A stretch of DNA of 63,281 bases, counting the filler, from Octopus bimaculoides (Eukaryota), in assembly GCF_001194135.2 (NCBI RefSeq). It is 5 parts of 5 records of this genome, joined end to end, with 100 filler letters (N's around TTAATTAATTAA, not from the genome) between each part and the next. Parts side by side here need not be neighbours in the genome. Positions count along the whole stretch, not along the records: positions 50,027 to 53,593 come from NW_026422516.1; positions 53,694 to 60,496 come from NC_068981.1; positions 60,597 to 63,281 come from NW_026420649.1; 2 more parts are not named here. One strand, given 5' to 3'. The notes under the pieces were generated by a model. The model made no database searches. It had not been told where the DNA came from and saw only the letters and a list, made by a program, of their open reading frames with translations. Shown here piece after piece: positions 50,510-63,281 of this stretch. Position 1 is the first letter of the stretch, and every line of letters starts with the position of its first letter. The position numbers were made by a program, and so were the translations under genes.

Positions 50510-50835
50510 ATGATAGCAATGATCTACAAATGACTTTATATTAGATGTGAGAGTAATGACCAAGAAATAACCTTACATCTGAGATGCAAGTAATGACCTG
50601 ATAATAGCTTTACATCAAAGATGAGAGTAACGACCTAGTAAACCCTAACAATAAGGTAACATTAGAGACGACAGTACTGGCCAGGTAATGACGATACGTT
50701 AGGAACAGTAGTAATGACTTGATAAGGATCTTACATACGGTTGACAGTAATGAACCATTAAGAACCTTACACTTGGCTACTAGTTAAAACCTAGATAATC
50801 ACATTGGAAGATCTTTACACAAGGCTGACAGTGAT
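50510..50835 (+). repeat. Degenerate 35-39 bp minisatellite, about 8 units
   Basis: Recurring AGTAATGACC....CCTTACA, for example AGATGCAAGTAATGACCTGATAATAGCTTTACATCAA and GGTTGACAGTAATGAACCATTAAGAACCTTACACTT. Confidence 0.7.
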
Positions 50836-50997
50836 AATGTAATGATCGTGCGGCTCAATGCCGAGACCCCGTCAGCGGTTCTTACTTCATTTCATGTGGA
50901 AAATTACCTTCACGTTGTTCTTTTTTTTTTGTTGTTATTTATTATATTTCTAAGGTGTATCCAGCCAAATATGCTTATAGGGTCTTTTTTTTTTACT

Positions 50998-51042
50998 TAA
51001 TAATAATAATAATAATAATAATGATGATGATAATAATAATTG

Positions 51043-51085
<43 letters not shown>

Positions 51086-51090
51086 AATTG

Positions 51091-51121
<31 letters not shown>

Positions 51122-51130
51122 AATAATAAT
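50998..51130. repeat. (AAT)n/(GAT)n repeat
   Basis: Directly visible. Confidence 0.95.
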
Positions 51131-52567
51131 ACAAGCGCGTACCACCAATAGCTCACACATCTCAGATTCTACACAACTACAACTAAACACGAACCATACA
51201 ACCCACACAATACATATTGACAACATTCAGAGACCACATGTCATCTGTTTTCCTTTTTTCCTGTCAAGCCCAGAAGCAGCAGATCAAAGACACTCCAGTC
51301 GTGACGTAGTTTTATTTAGAGTGTTTCTAGGACTACATTTAATATGTGTGTCCTTCATAATTTTTATGATGATGAGGTGTAACTGGAGACTCGGCTACTA
51401 ATTTCTAGCAGGTCGAGTATTCGCGTCAGAGTTCCTTTTTTGGTCTGCCTTGTAACACGTATTGGCTGCTTGTAGGAAGATTCAGAAACTGTTGTCATTG
51501 TAGTTGTTGTAACTGTTCCTGTTGCTGTTTTCATTGTTATTATTGTCAATGTTATTGTTATTGTTATTACTGTTGTTAAATTTACTTTGGTTCAATCCTC
51601 CATGGAATTCTAATTAATATATTCAATTGACAACGCACGATTTTCGGTTATACTGACCGGGTTTCACCTATAAACCGACCAGAGCCTGTTTATCTTACAT
51701 AGCTTAGTAAAGTAAGCGCTAACAGATTTTATATGATGGGAAAGTAAACTAATAACAAATGAATCACATAAACCTAGAAGGAAAATGTATCTAGTCTTGA
51801 ATTCAAAAGGAAATTAAAAGTTGTAAATGACAGTTAATTCAAGCGGGGTAACTCTGTTTTACCAGTATGAAAGTTGGTGCAAATGAGAAGTACAACAGAA
51901 CGAGACATAAGTGTATCACAAATGGAACAGCACGGAAAAAAAAGCAGAAACAAAATAAATAAAAAAGACACGTAAGCTTGATAGAAGCGATGGGTGGGGA
52001 GAAGGAGGGGCGTGTGCCACCCCAGTAGAAATGGTTTAAACACATGAGTCAATATAGAGATCGAAAGCCTGCTTGAGTGATTGTCTTTCAAAATACCTTT
52101 CTCACCTCATCATTCTCTCCCCACCGCCACTTTTCTTTTTTCTTCGTTGATTCCTCTCTTCATTTTTTTCTGTTTTTGATCCACTCCTTGCCCTCGATGT
52201 CCCTGTGTATATCTGTTTGTCTGTCTGTCTATCTGTTCGTGTATATAAAACTTTTCTGTCAGTATAAATNNNNNNNNNNNNNNNNNNNNNNNNNNNNNNN
52301 NNNNNNNNNNNNNNNNNNNNNNNNNNNNNNNNNNNNNNNNNNNNNNNNNNNNNNNNNNNNNNNNNNNNNNNNNNNNNNNNNNNNNNNNNNNNNNNNNNNN
52401 NNNNNNNNNNNNNNNNNNNNNNNNNNNNNNNNNNNNNNNNNNNNNNNNNNNNNNNNNNNNNNNNNNNNNNNNNNNNNNNNNNNNNNNNNNNNNNNNNNNN
52501 NNNNNNNNNNNNNNNNNNNNNNNNNNNNNNNNNNNNNNNNNNNNNNNNNNNNNNNNNNNNNNNNNNN

Positions 52568-52796
52568 TGGGTTGTCCGGAAAGTTCGTGCCGATTTTTTA
52601 AGGAAAGAAAAAGGTCAATAAATACTTGCCATTACATTTTAAATCAACCAAATATGAACCGTTTTGTTGCACAATGCGTCTCCATCTTTCCTTTAACTTG
52701 AAAATACCCTCTTCCCAGAAATGAGGTGATTTCATGGCAAATAAGTCTTAGGGTAAGCTACTATAAATCGGCACGAACTTTCCAGACAACCCAATA
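52568..52796 (-). mobile_element. Internally deleted mariner (MITE-like)
   Basis: 29-bp TIRs TGGGTTGTC(C/T)GGAAAGTTCGTGCCGATTT (52568-52596 and 52765-52793), ending in a TA tract. The interior encodes the mariner transposase C-terminus [26 protein letters not shown]. Confidence 0.9.
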
Positions 52797-52933
52797 TATA
52801 TATATATTATATATGTGTATATATATATATATATTATGTATATATTATGTATATATACATATATATATATGCATTTATATGTATACATATAGATACACAC
52901 ACATATATATACAGATATATATAGATATAGATA

Positions 52934-52986
<53 letters not shown>

Positions 52987-55389
52987 ATATAATTATGTAT
53001 GCATATATACGCATACACATGCACTTACACATAGAAAACGCATTCATACCCACACATATGCATCCATCAATGCATACGTGTATACTCACATTTATACTTC
53101 ATTGCATATATTGAACAAAACACATTGCCTCCAACGTCTCATAAATAAGTATGTTTGTGTGTCCGTGTGTCTGCTTATGCGAGTGTGCGTATGTACGTGT
53201 ACATATACATGAACAATATGTATACATACATAAATACATATATAAAGGTATATGTTTAGGGCGGGTTGAGAATGTCACTCATGTACGTTATATGTTGCGT
53301 GTTAATGGATGTATTATACATGTACGAGAGTATACATGCGTATATAGATATGTGTGTGTGTGTGTGTGTGTGTGTGAGTACGTATGTATCCATGTATGTA
53401 TGTAGGTTGGTAGGTTTGTCTGTACGATATTACATGTATGCATGTATTTGTACAACGTTATTGTACAACGCTGATTGTTAAAAAAAACCAACGCCCTGTT
53501 ATTTGTCAAGAACTCCTTGACCGATTGCTAAACTATTTAACCGCCTAGTGATATACATACATATATACATATACATATATGTGTGTGTATATANNNNNNN
53601 NNNNNNNNNNNNNNNNNNNNNNNNNNNNNNNNNNNNNTTAATTAATTAANNNNNNNNNNNNNNNNNNNNNNNNNNNNNNNNNNNNNNNNNNNNACAAACA
53701 CAGACACACAAACATACACACCAACACATATATATATATATATATACATGAATACATACATATGCATGTGCGTGTGTACAACCTAGAGCATAGCTGGCTC
53801 GCAATCTCGAAATCGAAATTGGCGCACGAATCAGCACAGCTTGTTTAAAATGCTAGCTGCAATCCTTAGAGGATAAAAAGGGTCCTTGCCAAAATTACAA
53901 ATGATCTCCTACTCAAAGACTATCTAGAATTTCTCAAGGATCGGCCATACATATGTGCAGGTTCCTCAAATTTCTCACCAATAGCGACAATGCGGTTTCA
54001 TTAGCAAAAGCAATGCACCTATATTTGAGTCATATATGTTAGTATATATATTCTACCGGTTTATGTTTTGGAATTTTCCATCAATAGAGAAGAATTTTCC
54101 TAATCTTGAATCAAGGCCGTATCGCTGCAGTTTTGACATCAACAGATTAAACGCGTGCGTATACATGCACAAGCGTATCCACGAAAACATACACGGAGAC
54201 GCATATTTATAGTCTGATACACATACGCGCAGGCACTCTGTCACTGCATATGTGGATATTATCAAATGCTAAATGTTTTAAATGTTTTACGTATTTCGAT
54301 AGTGCTTATAGCTGTAAACATTTTATTAGGTGTGTTCTTTCTGACATTGTAATTCTTAACTGTTCCAAGTGACACTACGTTCATTAGGCTCAAAGCTATT
54401 GTCGGGATTAAATAGCTGCACAATGGCTTTCTATTCGTCAAGATCTTTAACATAATGCTGATACACGCTGAACGAATGGATTCATCTATTGTGCACAATT
54501 TATTTTTCGCTTCTAAAATCATTATGGCTGGTCTGTTACAATTACTTTTCTTTAAAGTCAGGACAGAGCATTTCACCAAAATTATTTTATATTATGTGTA
54601 ACTATGCCTTCCACTTCTGGATTATATAATCTTCGGATTTCGTTATCTAATATCGTAGTCACGGCAATATACCCATGGGTAGTTTATAACAGAACTATAC
54701 TGCATATCACGAGGGGGTCATAGCCAGTTTTAATTGCAGAGATTCTGGACGCATTGTTCTTTCTAGGTCGTTTACCTGCCCCTTTTCTCTGTCATTTCCC
54801 TTATGTTATTTTATTGTTATTTCCTTCTGTATTATGAAAGCATACTATTGAAAGCGAGGGTTTTGTTAGTTATGGATAGACTATTCTGAGCATGAATGTT
54901 CCTATCATTTTCTAAGAAATTTGCACAAACATTTGCTGATATATGTGCAGCTTCCTTAATGAAGTTTCACTGTAGTGTAGTTGTGCAATCGGTACTTTAA
55001 ACTTACTTATGTGAACATTTGCATATTGATTTTCAAGTTTACACTTGTGTATATGCATTTATTCCACGTTAAAATTTTAGAATGTTTTAGAGATTTTCGC
55101 AATTCCATTAATGGTTTCTAATGGCAATCTGTTAATTAGCCTAGTCGTTTTTGGTTTATGAAGCTCATTTCCTCAAGACGGATGTCGAAGCAGTGACCTA
55201 GACATTCAACTGCCATTATCATTACAGATATAAACCCTAAACTGTCTAATATGTGTATATTTCTCTTTAGTTTGTTATAGTTGTCTCATGTCTGTAGAGC
55301 AACATCCACTGCTATCTACTGTCCCCGTTCATTTTTTCCTGACCAAATCTTTACGTATGCTTTATTATAATTGCATTTCAAACTTTGGA

Positions 55390-55545
55390 ACATGGCCAGC
55401 GATTTCGAGGAAGGGATAGGTGAGTCACATCGATCCTAGAGCTCAACTGGCACTAACTCCATCGATCCCGAAAGGTAACGTAAACCTCGGTGGCAACTCA
55501 GAAGGTAAAGTCGGAAGAAATACCGCTAAATATTTTTCCCAGCTC
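55390..55545 (-). mobile_element. Degenerate core-SINE copy
   Basis: ATCGATCCCGAAAGG...AAACCTCGGTGGCAACTCAGAA...AAATACCGCTAA, the reverse complement of the SINE core and head. Confidence 0.6.
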
Positions 55546-56429
55546 GCTGCATTATTTTATGACTGTTTTGTCAGTAATATTTTATCAGTATGTTTTATAG
55601 ATGGGGTGCTATCATCAACAATGTATTTTCCTATAGTTTTATCATCTGGACTCTAAACTGTGTTGGTCCATGTTATGTCCACTGCATTATAACTCATTGA
55701 GAATAGTTTCGTGACGATGTTTACCGACGTCTTATGATATGGGTAAGTTTTGATAATTCTTCGGATTCTACATTGGTAGTCGCATATCCATGTTTTATAT
55801 GCATTGATATTCTTTTGCACACCATGTGTTGAATTGTTACTTCTAGTTCTTGTATTGCAAAACCGTATTCTTCAAAAATGAGAAATAATATACAGGTTGT
55901 TGCTTCAAGGCAGACTAATTTGGTTATGTGAAAGGCAATTTGGCATTTCTTCTGCTAATATATGCACCAAATTTAGTCTGTATGAGCTGTAGTGGTAGAT
56001 CTGTGTGTGTGTGTGTGTATGTGTGTGTGTGTGTGTATGTATGCGTGTGTGTGTATGTGCGTGCGTGCGCGTGTATAGTCGAAAGGATTTGAAATAACAC
56101 CCAAAACACTTTAAATCCATGTTTTGCCCCCACCGTCACCACATCTTTGATTTTCGCTAAACGTAGAAGAGATCTGTGAAATTCCTTTCAGAGAAATGTC
56201 CAATACTAGTCAATATTCTTCAGGTTCTAACATCAAGGGGCTGTGTCTAAACTAACGTCCACCTGTTGGGTACACATTTTGATAGTTCGTTTAGTACACC
56301 ATTGCGTCATAATGTACACGAAGCTTTGAGAACTCTATTATTTTTTTCTGGTTATTATATTCTCTCTGCAGGAGTTCCTTGTCAGTTCTCTCATAGCATA
56401 TATTTTCATCGATTCCACAGTAACTTCAG

Positions 56430-57750
56430 CAATCCTTATCTGATGTGAAGTAAGCACAATTCTTCTTCAGAAATATTATAAAGATGGCTTGTATGTTCTT
56501 TAGGTGGGTGAAAGCTTTTCGTCGAAATATTCATATTCTCAACATATACTTTCACACCCTGCTCAAAGAAATAATCTTTCTCTTTAGTATCTAATTTGTC
56601 CTGTGACATAGACATGCATACATCAGATCTCTCCCATGAAAACAGAGATTTTACTGAAAGTATTCTCACCAGCAGCGACAGAGTTACAAAGTTTATCACT
56701 GTTATGCTGTATCTTGTCAGTGCCAAATACAATTTCTTAATCTTGAACGTTGGCCAAAGAAAAGCCAGGCTGGCTGCAGTTCCGACTATGGTCTCTGAAA
56801 TTTTAGCATGTTGAATGGACTCAAGCATCTATGAGTGCAGAAGGAAATAGAATTCTGTCTTCGGCACAATACGGACGGTAGAGTTTTATGGGTTACAATG
56901 TACCTAGAACATTCCCAGACTCCTCTTCGAAGCTGTTTGTGCAGCTGCGAAGAACTTGAAGATCATTATAATACATAATTACTTTGATCCTGCAGAAATA
57001 GTTACAGACATGATGAATGATTTCCTGATCTCCATGTGAGGACTCATCTTTTGATATAGTATTATTTTTCCGACAACGTAAACCAGCTTAATATACCTAT
57101 ATATCCAATGCGATCCTGCTGTTAAAGTGAATAAAGTAATCCCGATAGAAAGCTATTTCACTGAGGTTGTATACTTTTTATATAACTAGGGAGTATAGTA
57201 CTATGCATTTTTAAAGACGCACTGCATTCTGGTTAAACTGCATTTTTACACTCCAAAGATTTCTGCAGAATAACTTTAAAATATCCTGCGAATAATCTTC
57301 TATGGCTTCACAATTATGTACAGCACTTAAGGATTTTGACTGAATTTGTTTTTAGCTTAGTTTCTTTTGATGCCGGAGTTTCTCAATTGTATCGTTTAAA
57401 TCTTGTTTGAGTTGAAGGTCTTCACTTATTTTACATCAAGTATATGTTATTTTGCAGTTTTGTTGATGTAGCGTGTTTTTAATTGTTTGTTGGAATATTG
57501 TAAGCACGTACATACAGCTGAAGTTCTTCTGTAGATCAACAATCGTTTTTCCCATTTTCAAAGACCATGGTGGAAATGCATTAATATTTGTTTTTCTTTA
57601 CGCTTGTGGTATTTCAAATGTATAGATTTGCTGCTGTATGGAATTACTGCCGTACGGATTTTGCTGCTGTAAACAAATCTTATTTCACCAAACTGGGAGG
57701 CGTACAGCTTAGTTATAAGTTAACAACATCGACATTGTTAATGACTGTTA
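56430..57750 (-). mobile_element. Highly decayed R4/Dong-like fragment (N-terminal region to RT)
   Basis: PPWSLKMGKTIVDLQK..LKQDLNDTIEKLRHQKK; FCRNLWSVKMQFNQNA; nucleotide match GAAGAGGAGTCTGGG to the RT near 36.97 kb; DYFFEQGVKVYVENM aligns to HVFFVDDLKLYAKNM. Confidence 0.7.
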
Positions 57751-60458
57751 GTATCAAGTAATTTGGATTCTTTTTATGCCAATGGGTCTTTCTTACAAAA
57801 AAAAAAGAGATTTTAAAATAAAATAATTCTCTCAAGTTGCTTGTCATTATCTCTAATTTTCTGTAAGGTATGCTATTCATTCCTTCGAATTGTAGTTTCC
57901 TTATTATTGTCACAACTACTACTTTCACTGACGATTGGTGCCTGCAGTTAGCTGTCAGCGTTGAGTGTGTCGTTATACGCGGTGCCGTTCTCGTAATATC
58001 GGATTTGTTTTGAAATTGTTATTTGTACTGCGCTGACACTTTCGAGAACAAAATTGCACTCATTAATTTTCGGAATTATTTGTCCTTTCTTTGTGTTCAA
58101 CAAATATCATAGCTCGGCGTAAGGCTTTTGTGTAATAATTTACTTCTACTGAAGCTCATCCCAGTAAAGTTTCATTCTTTCCAAGTAGCAGAATAGATTT
58201 TAATAGATTTTGATACATTTTAAAGCGATTAAACTAATCATTATTACGTTCATATTTGCCGGACTATATATACTTTATGCTGTTGGTTTTATCTACAATA
58301 CCGCTAAAAATAATCTGTAAAATTTGTGGGTTTATTTCTTCAATTCTTCTCCGATATTTTCATGTTAGCCATAACCTTTCTAGCAAATCGCTGCAAAGAA
58401 AATTCAAGTTCGAGTAGATCTTTAAAAAAAATAGAGTTTTCCTTCAATGAATATGATCAAATGAAGTACAAGTTACATAACAAGCCTGTGGTATTAATAC
58501 CGGAAATAGTATTTATCGTTAATTCGGTGAATTGTCTGCAACCAATACACGACTACCCACGTTAAGTATAGTTGTATGAATGCATATTTATCTATGAGAG
58601 TATGCATGTATATAGATAATTATATAAATGCATATGTGTAACACAGATTGTACGAACTTATGTGCATCAATATATATATATATCTACCCATACTTAATAT
58701 GTGTACGTTTGATGGTGTAAGTCTGTCTGCTTGTCTATGCATATTCATTTGTCTATATACGTGTACCCAGCTATGGGAGTGTTTGTATGTGGATATATCA
58801 GTGTGTAGGCGTTCTATGTAAAGTTCGATGTAAATGGCTGGCTTTTAATCTACTTGTCAGAAAATATATTATTTCGAGAGATTTTTGAGATATTTTCCTT
58901 TCCATTTCCATATTTGTTGATATATTTTTCTTTATATCATTCACATTTCATGTTTGTAATACCATACCTGCGGAAGAGCAAACAAACGAAACTAAACACG
59001 GCCGAGCACATGCACATGCATGCGCACGCTCATACGCCCGCATACTCATACACACAAATAAACACACACACACACACACACATACACACATAAATACACA
59101 CAACAAAGACACATCAAAAAGACGACTATCTTCTTTTGATGTTGTTTAGATTTTAATTTAAACTATTTTATTTTATTTTATTTTAAATTTTTGCTGAAGG
59201 ATTGTTTGTTTCACAGTTGTTGAAATAGAAACCTTCGGGAATTGGCAGAAAAACTTTTCAACATTTCATAGATCTCCCTGCTAGTAGTCTACTCCCAGAG
59301 AGATTCATTAAGTAGATTGCCTTCAGGCAGACTGTAACCTAGTATCGCACCTATCATGCAGATCATGTGCAAATAACACTTCTGTTATTTTTTTTTATTT
59401 CTCCTGAATATATCTCATTAACTCGTTTCTGTTCTATTTTTTCTGCATTACTTAATCTCTCGGTTGCCATATTTCTTCTTTTCTCTCTCCAACCTATCCC
59501 TTCCTCATCTCTCTCCTTCTCTGTATATATAGTTGTGTGTATATGCGTTGTACTTGTGTGGATGTATGTATGTATGTGTCAATCAATTTTTTTCTAATTC
59601 ATGTCATTTCGCTCTCTCAATGTTTACACGCTTTCATATTGATACACATAGAAAGACATACTAATATTCATTCATTCACGCATACCTATCAGCATATCTA
59701 CTTACCTACCTACTACCTATTTACCTACCTACCAGCCTACTTGACTACCTATCTACCTGCTTACCTACCAACTTACCTATCTACCTACCTGCACATATAC
59801 ATACATACGTACATACGCACATACACTTGTCATCAACGGCACTAATGGGAAGTGACGTTATCACTAACGTTGTTTCCAAAGCCATCCGAATATAGAGAAA
59901 TCATTAGGCAAATATAGAGTATCTCCATATTATTAAGTACATATATAAACAGTAACACAACAACTATTCGGAAAGCCCTAAGCTACCCTTGCCGATTGTA
60001 ACGTCTCTTCGAAATTCAAAGAGAGAAAGGATAACTACGGAGAACTGCTTAAAAATGACTAGCCTCTATATCCAGATTTTTAATTCACATTTATTCCAAT
60101 AATAATTGTTGCACTTGGTTTTTTTTCGAACATTCTTAACAATCTGATAAAGCTAGTGTTTTCAGAAAAAATGAATAAACCACTTCCAACAAACTTTTAT
60201 AAAAGAAAGAGTGAAAATATGTAAGACATTTCCCAATTCCAAAATATGATATTATTCTTGTTATCTGCACTCCAATTGTAGAGATTTGTGTTTTTGTTGG
60301 ATATCTGCTCCTACATTTCAGGAAGTTTCTAAATAATAAACATTAGAATAGAACCACATAGATACTTACATACACATGCCCAGACCACCTCAGATCTCCA
60401 TATATAGATATATGTATATGTGTGTGTGTATATATATATATATATATACACACATACG

Positions 60459-60496
<38 letters not shown>

Positions 60497-60654
60497 NNNN
60501 NNNNNNNNNNNNNNNNNNNNNNNNNNNNNNNNNNNNNNNNTTAATTAATTAANNNNNNNNNNNNNNNNNNNNNNNNNNNNNNNNNNNNNNNNNNNNCTTT
60601 CTAAGATCTGCGGAATCTAAAAAATATTCTTCTGAAAACGTGAGGAAGAGAAAC

Positions 60655-60900
60655 ATCATCTTCGTCTCCATCACTTTAACATCCAGTTTTCAATGCTTGC
60701 ATGGGTCAGATGGAAATCATCGAAGCAGATTTTCTATGGCTGGATGCCCTTCTTGTTACCAGCCCCCACCCGTTTCTAAGTAAGGTAATATTCTCCTGTA
60801 ACCAGACAAGTTCTTGTAGAATATTGGGAATGAATGACACTGCTTGTATGACAGGGACTCTCATTTACAAATATCATGGGATGTGAAAACAAGGACATGG
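60655..60900 (-). mobile_element. Degenerate RTE-related SINE 3' region
   Basis: TTTAACATCCAGTTTTCAATGCTTGCATGGGTCAGATGG...GGCTGGATGCCCTTC, similar to 49693-49830. Confidence 0.6.
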
Positions 60901-60934
60901 ACACACACACACACACACACACACACATCATCAT

Positions 60935-61130
60935 CATCATCGTTTAACATATACATATATACATATATATATACTTATGTGATGGACTGCTTTCAGTTTC
61001 CGTCTACCAAAACCATTTGCAAGGCTTTGGTTGACTCAAGGTTATAGTAGAAGACACTCAATGTTCTACACAGTGGGACTGAACCCGGAACCTTGTAAGT
61101 TGGAAAGCAAACTACTTACCACACCACATA
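60935..61130 (-). mobile_element. tRNA/CORE-like SINE head fragment
   Basis: TTTCAGTTTCCGTCTACC...GTGGGACTGAACCCGGAACC...CTACTTACCACAC matches 34010-34155. Confidence 0.75.
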
Positions 61131-62241
61131 GCCACATCTGATTCCAATTCAATCCCCCCCCCCATCAGATCTATTCTAGCACAGAAAAACAGGTGTTAAT
61201 GAACAAAGTTAAGTAGTGGTGTGTTAACGATGAATGAGTAATTAGCAAGAGGTGTGCAATGTTGGACTTGATTGAGATCTTATGCAAATTTTGAAGAGAT
61301 TATATGAGAGAGAAAGTGTCATACNNNNNNNNNNNNNNNNNNNNNNNNNNNNNNNNNNNNNNNNNNNNNNNNNNNNNNNNNNNNNNNNNNNNNNNNNNNN
61401 NNNNNNNNNNNNNNNNNNNNNNNNNNNNNNNNNNNNNNNNNNNNNNNNNNNNNNNNNNNNNNNNNNNNNNNNNNNNNNNNNNNNNNNNNNNNNNNNNNNN
61501 NNNNNNNNNNNNNNNNNNNNNNNNNNNNNNNNNNNNNNNNNNNNNNNNNNNNNNNNNNNNNNNNNNNNNNNNNNNNNNNNNNNNNNNNNNNNNNNNNNNN
61601 NNNNNNNNNNNNNNNNNNNNNNNNNNNNNNNNNNNNNNNNNNNNNNNNNNNNNNNNNNNNNNNNNNNNNNNNNNNNNNNNNNNNNNNNNNNNNNNNNNNN
61701 NNNNNNNNNNNNNNNNNNNNNNNNNNNNNNNNNNNNNNNNNNNNNNNNNNNNNNNNNNNNNNNNNNNNNNNNNNNNNNNNNNNNNNNNNNNNNNNNNNNN
61801 NNNNNNNNNNNNNNNNNNNNNNNNNNNNNNNNNNNNNNNNNNNNNNNNNNNNNNNNNNNNNNNNNNNNNNNNNNNNNNNNNNNNNNNNNNNNNNNNNNNN
61901 NNNNNNNNNNNNNNNNNNNNNNNNNNNNNNNNNNNNNNNNNNNNNNNNNNNNNNNNNNNNNNNNNNNNNNNNNNNNNNNNNNNNNNNNNNNNNNNNNNNN
62001 NNNNNNNNNNNNNNNNNNNNNNNNNNNNNNNNNNNNNNNNNNNNNNNNNNNNNNNNNNNNNNNNNNNNNNNNNNNNNNNNNNNNNNNNNNNNNNNNNNNN
62101 NNNNNNNNNNNNNNNNNNNNNNNNNNNNNNNNNNNNNNNNNNNNNNNNNNNNNNNNNNNNNNNNNNNNNNNNNNNNNNNNNNNNNNNNNNNNNNNNNNNN
62201 NNNNNNNNNNNNNNNNNNNNNNNNNNGCCAAAATTTGAAAC

Positions 62242-62282
<41 letters not shown>

Positions 62283-62286
<4 letters not shown>

Positions 62287-62745
62287 AGCGAGCTGGCAGA
62301 ATCGTTAGCATGCTGGGCAAAATGCTTAGCGGCATTTCATCTGTCGTTACATTCTGAGTTCAAATTCTGATGAGGTCAACCTTGCCTTTCATCCTTTTGG
62401 AGTCAATAAATTAAGTCCTAGTGAAGCGCTGGGGGTTGACGTAATCGACTTAACCCTCCCCCTAAATTTCAGGCCTTGTGCCTATAGTAGAAATAATTTT
62501 AAGGCAGCGAAGCCCTTTTGGCTAATAAAGAAATAATTATGGGGCAGTGAACCAGCAAAATTGTTAGAATACTGAGCAACATTTTGCCTTTTATGTTCTG
62601 ATTTCAAATTCCACCAAAGTCAACTTTGCCTTCCATCCTTCTGAGGTCCATAAAATAAGTACCAATTAAATACTAGGACCAATGTAATTGACTGGCCCCT
62701 TCCCCCAAATTGCTGGCCTTGTGCCACAAAATTTGAAACCAATAT
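62283..62745 (+). mobile_element. Two core-SINE copies (62283-62500 and 62540-62745)
   Basis: GCGAGCTGGCAGAATCGTTAGC...TTCTGAGTTCAAATTC...TTGCCTTTCATCCTTT; the second copy has TTGCCTTCCATCCTTTCTGAGGTCCATAAAATAAGTACC. Confidence 0.8.
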
Positions 62746-63233
62746 TTATACACTATTGTTTATAGTTTTATCTACATCAAGTACAACCTTTAAAAAAATA
62801 CCAATTATTTCACGTTCACTCAAAGTTTCTAAATTCTCATACCGTAAGCAATAAAGCTTTTTGTTTTATGCATGTCCTGTTGCAGGGTTTGTTTTACTAA
62901 ATAAAAATTGAGCTCACATTGTTTTTTATATATTTTTTTGTTTTACTAAAATGGTCCATAATTTGAACCTCTTAAAAACAACTAACTGCTTTGTGTTTGG
63001 TGGCACTTGCTTATTTTGTTGCTCAGTTGGCCCCATAGCATCCCCTGGTACCTTTTTTTCTTTAACAATGCGACTAAAAACAAAATACTAACAATCCTGT
63101 ATTTATTACTGTTATAAATGTTTTTATCTGTCAAATGCTTATAAAATGTTATCCCACGTCCATGTGTTTGTTTTAATTACCCCATGGTATGACAGTTATA
63201 TCTCTGTATTTTTAATAGTATCACACTCTGTAA

Positions 63234-63281
63234 GGCGACAAGCTGCCAGAAACGGTAGCACGCCGGCCGAAATGCTTAGAG
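63234..63281 (+). mobile_element. Core-SINE head cut by the window end
   Basis: GGCGACAAGCTGCCAGAAACGGTAGCACGCCGGCCGAAATGCTTAG matches the head at 21562. Confidence 0.7.

Noticed and set aside
56436-56828. 130-aa hydrophobic ORF that looked like a transporter (SLC38-like) or receptor fragment
   Set aside because: It lies inside a decayed R4-like RT: the flanking DNA matches the 36.9-37.7 kb copy and FFEQGVKVYVENM aligns to FFVDDLKLYAKNM.

Overview
This is AT-rich, microsatellite-dense eukaryotic DNA from a gapped draft assembly (roughly a tenth is N). The SINE types and repeat landscape look like Octopus (coleoid cephalopod), which is my recall-based inference. I found no intact host protein-coding gene, rRNA, tRNA gene or CRISPR array. 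Most listed ORFs are microsatellite translations, gap read-throughs or pieces of broken retroelements. The window is a transposon graveyard. It holds at least six R4/Dong-like non-LTR copies with a restriction-like endonuclease (one near full length, about 34.8-38.15 kb), CR1-like and RTE-like LINE fragments, and Penelope-like elements (PLEs) with RT and GIY-YIG domains, including an inverted pair at 38.3-43.9 kb. It also holds a mariner deletion derivative, a DINE-1/HINE-like element and many tRNA-derived SINEs. The most interesting signal not explained by the ORF track is a set of four different hammerhead-ribozyme-like motifs in non-coding repeats: in a tRNA-headed SINE-like composite (213-258), in a 562-bp direct-repeat unit (17547-17610), a core-variant copy facing it (18182-18217), and a 300-bp spacerless palindrome (49321-49620). 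Other observations are a twin-priming-like inversion in an R4-type copy, a perfect pre-miRNA-sized hairpin and a degenerate 12-codon repeat. All calls come from reading and translating by eye; no searches were run.
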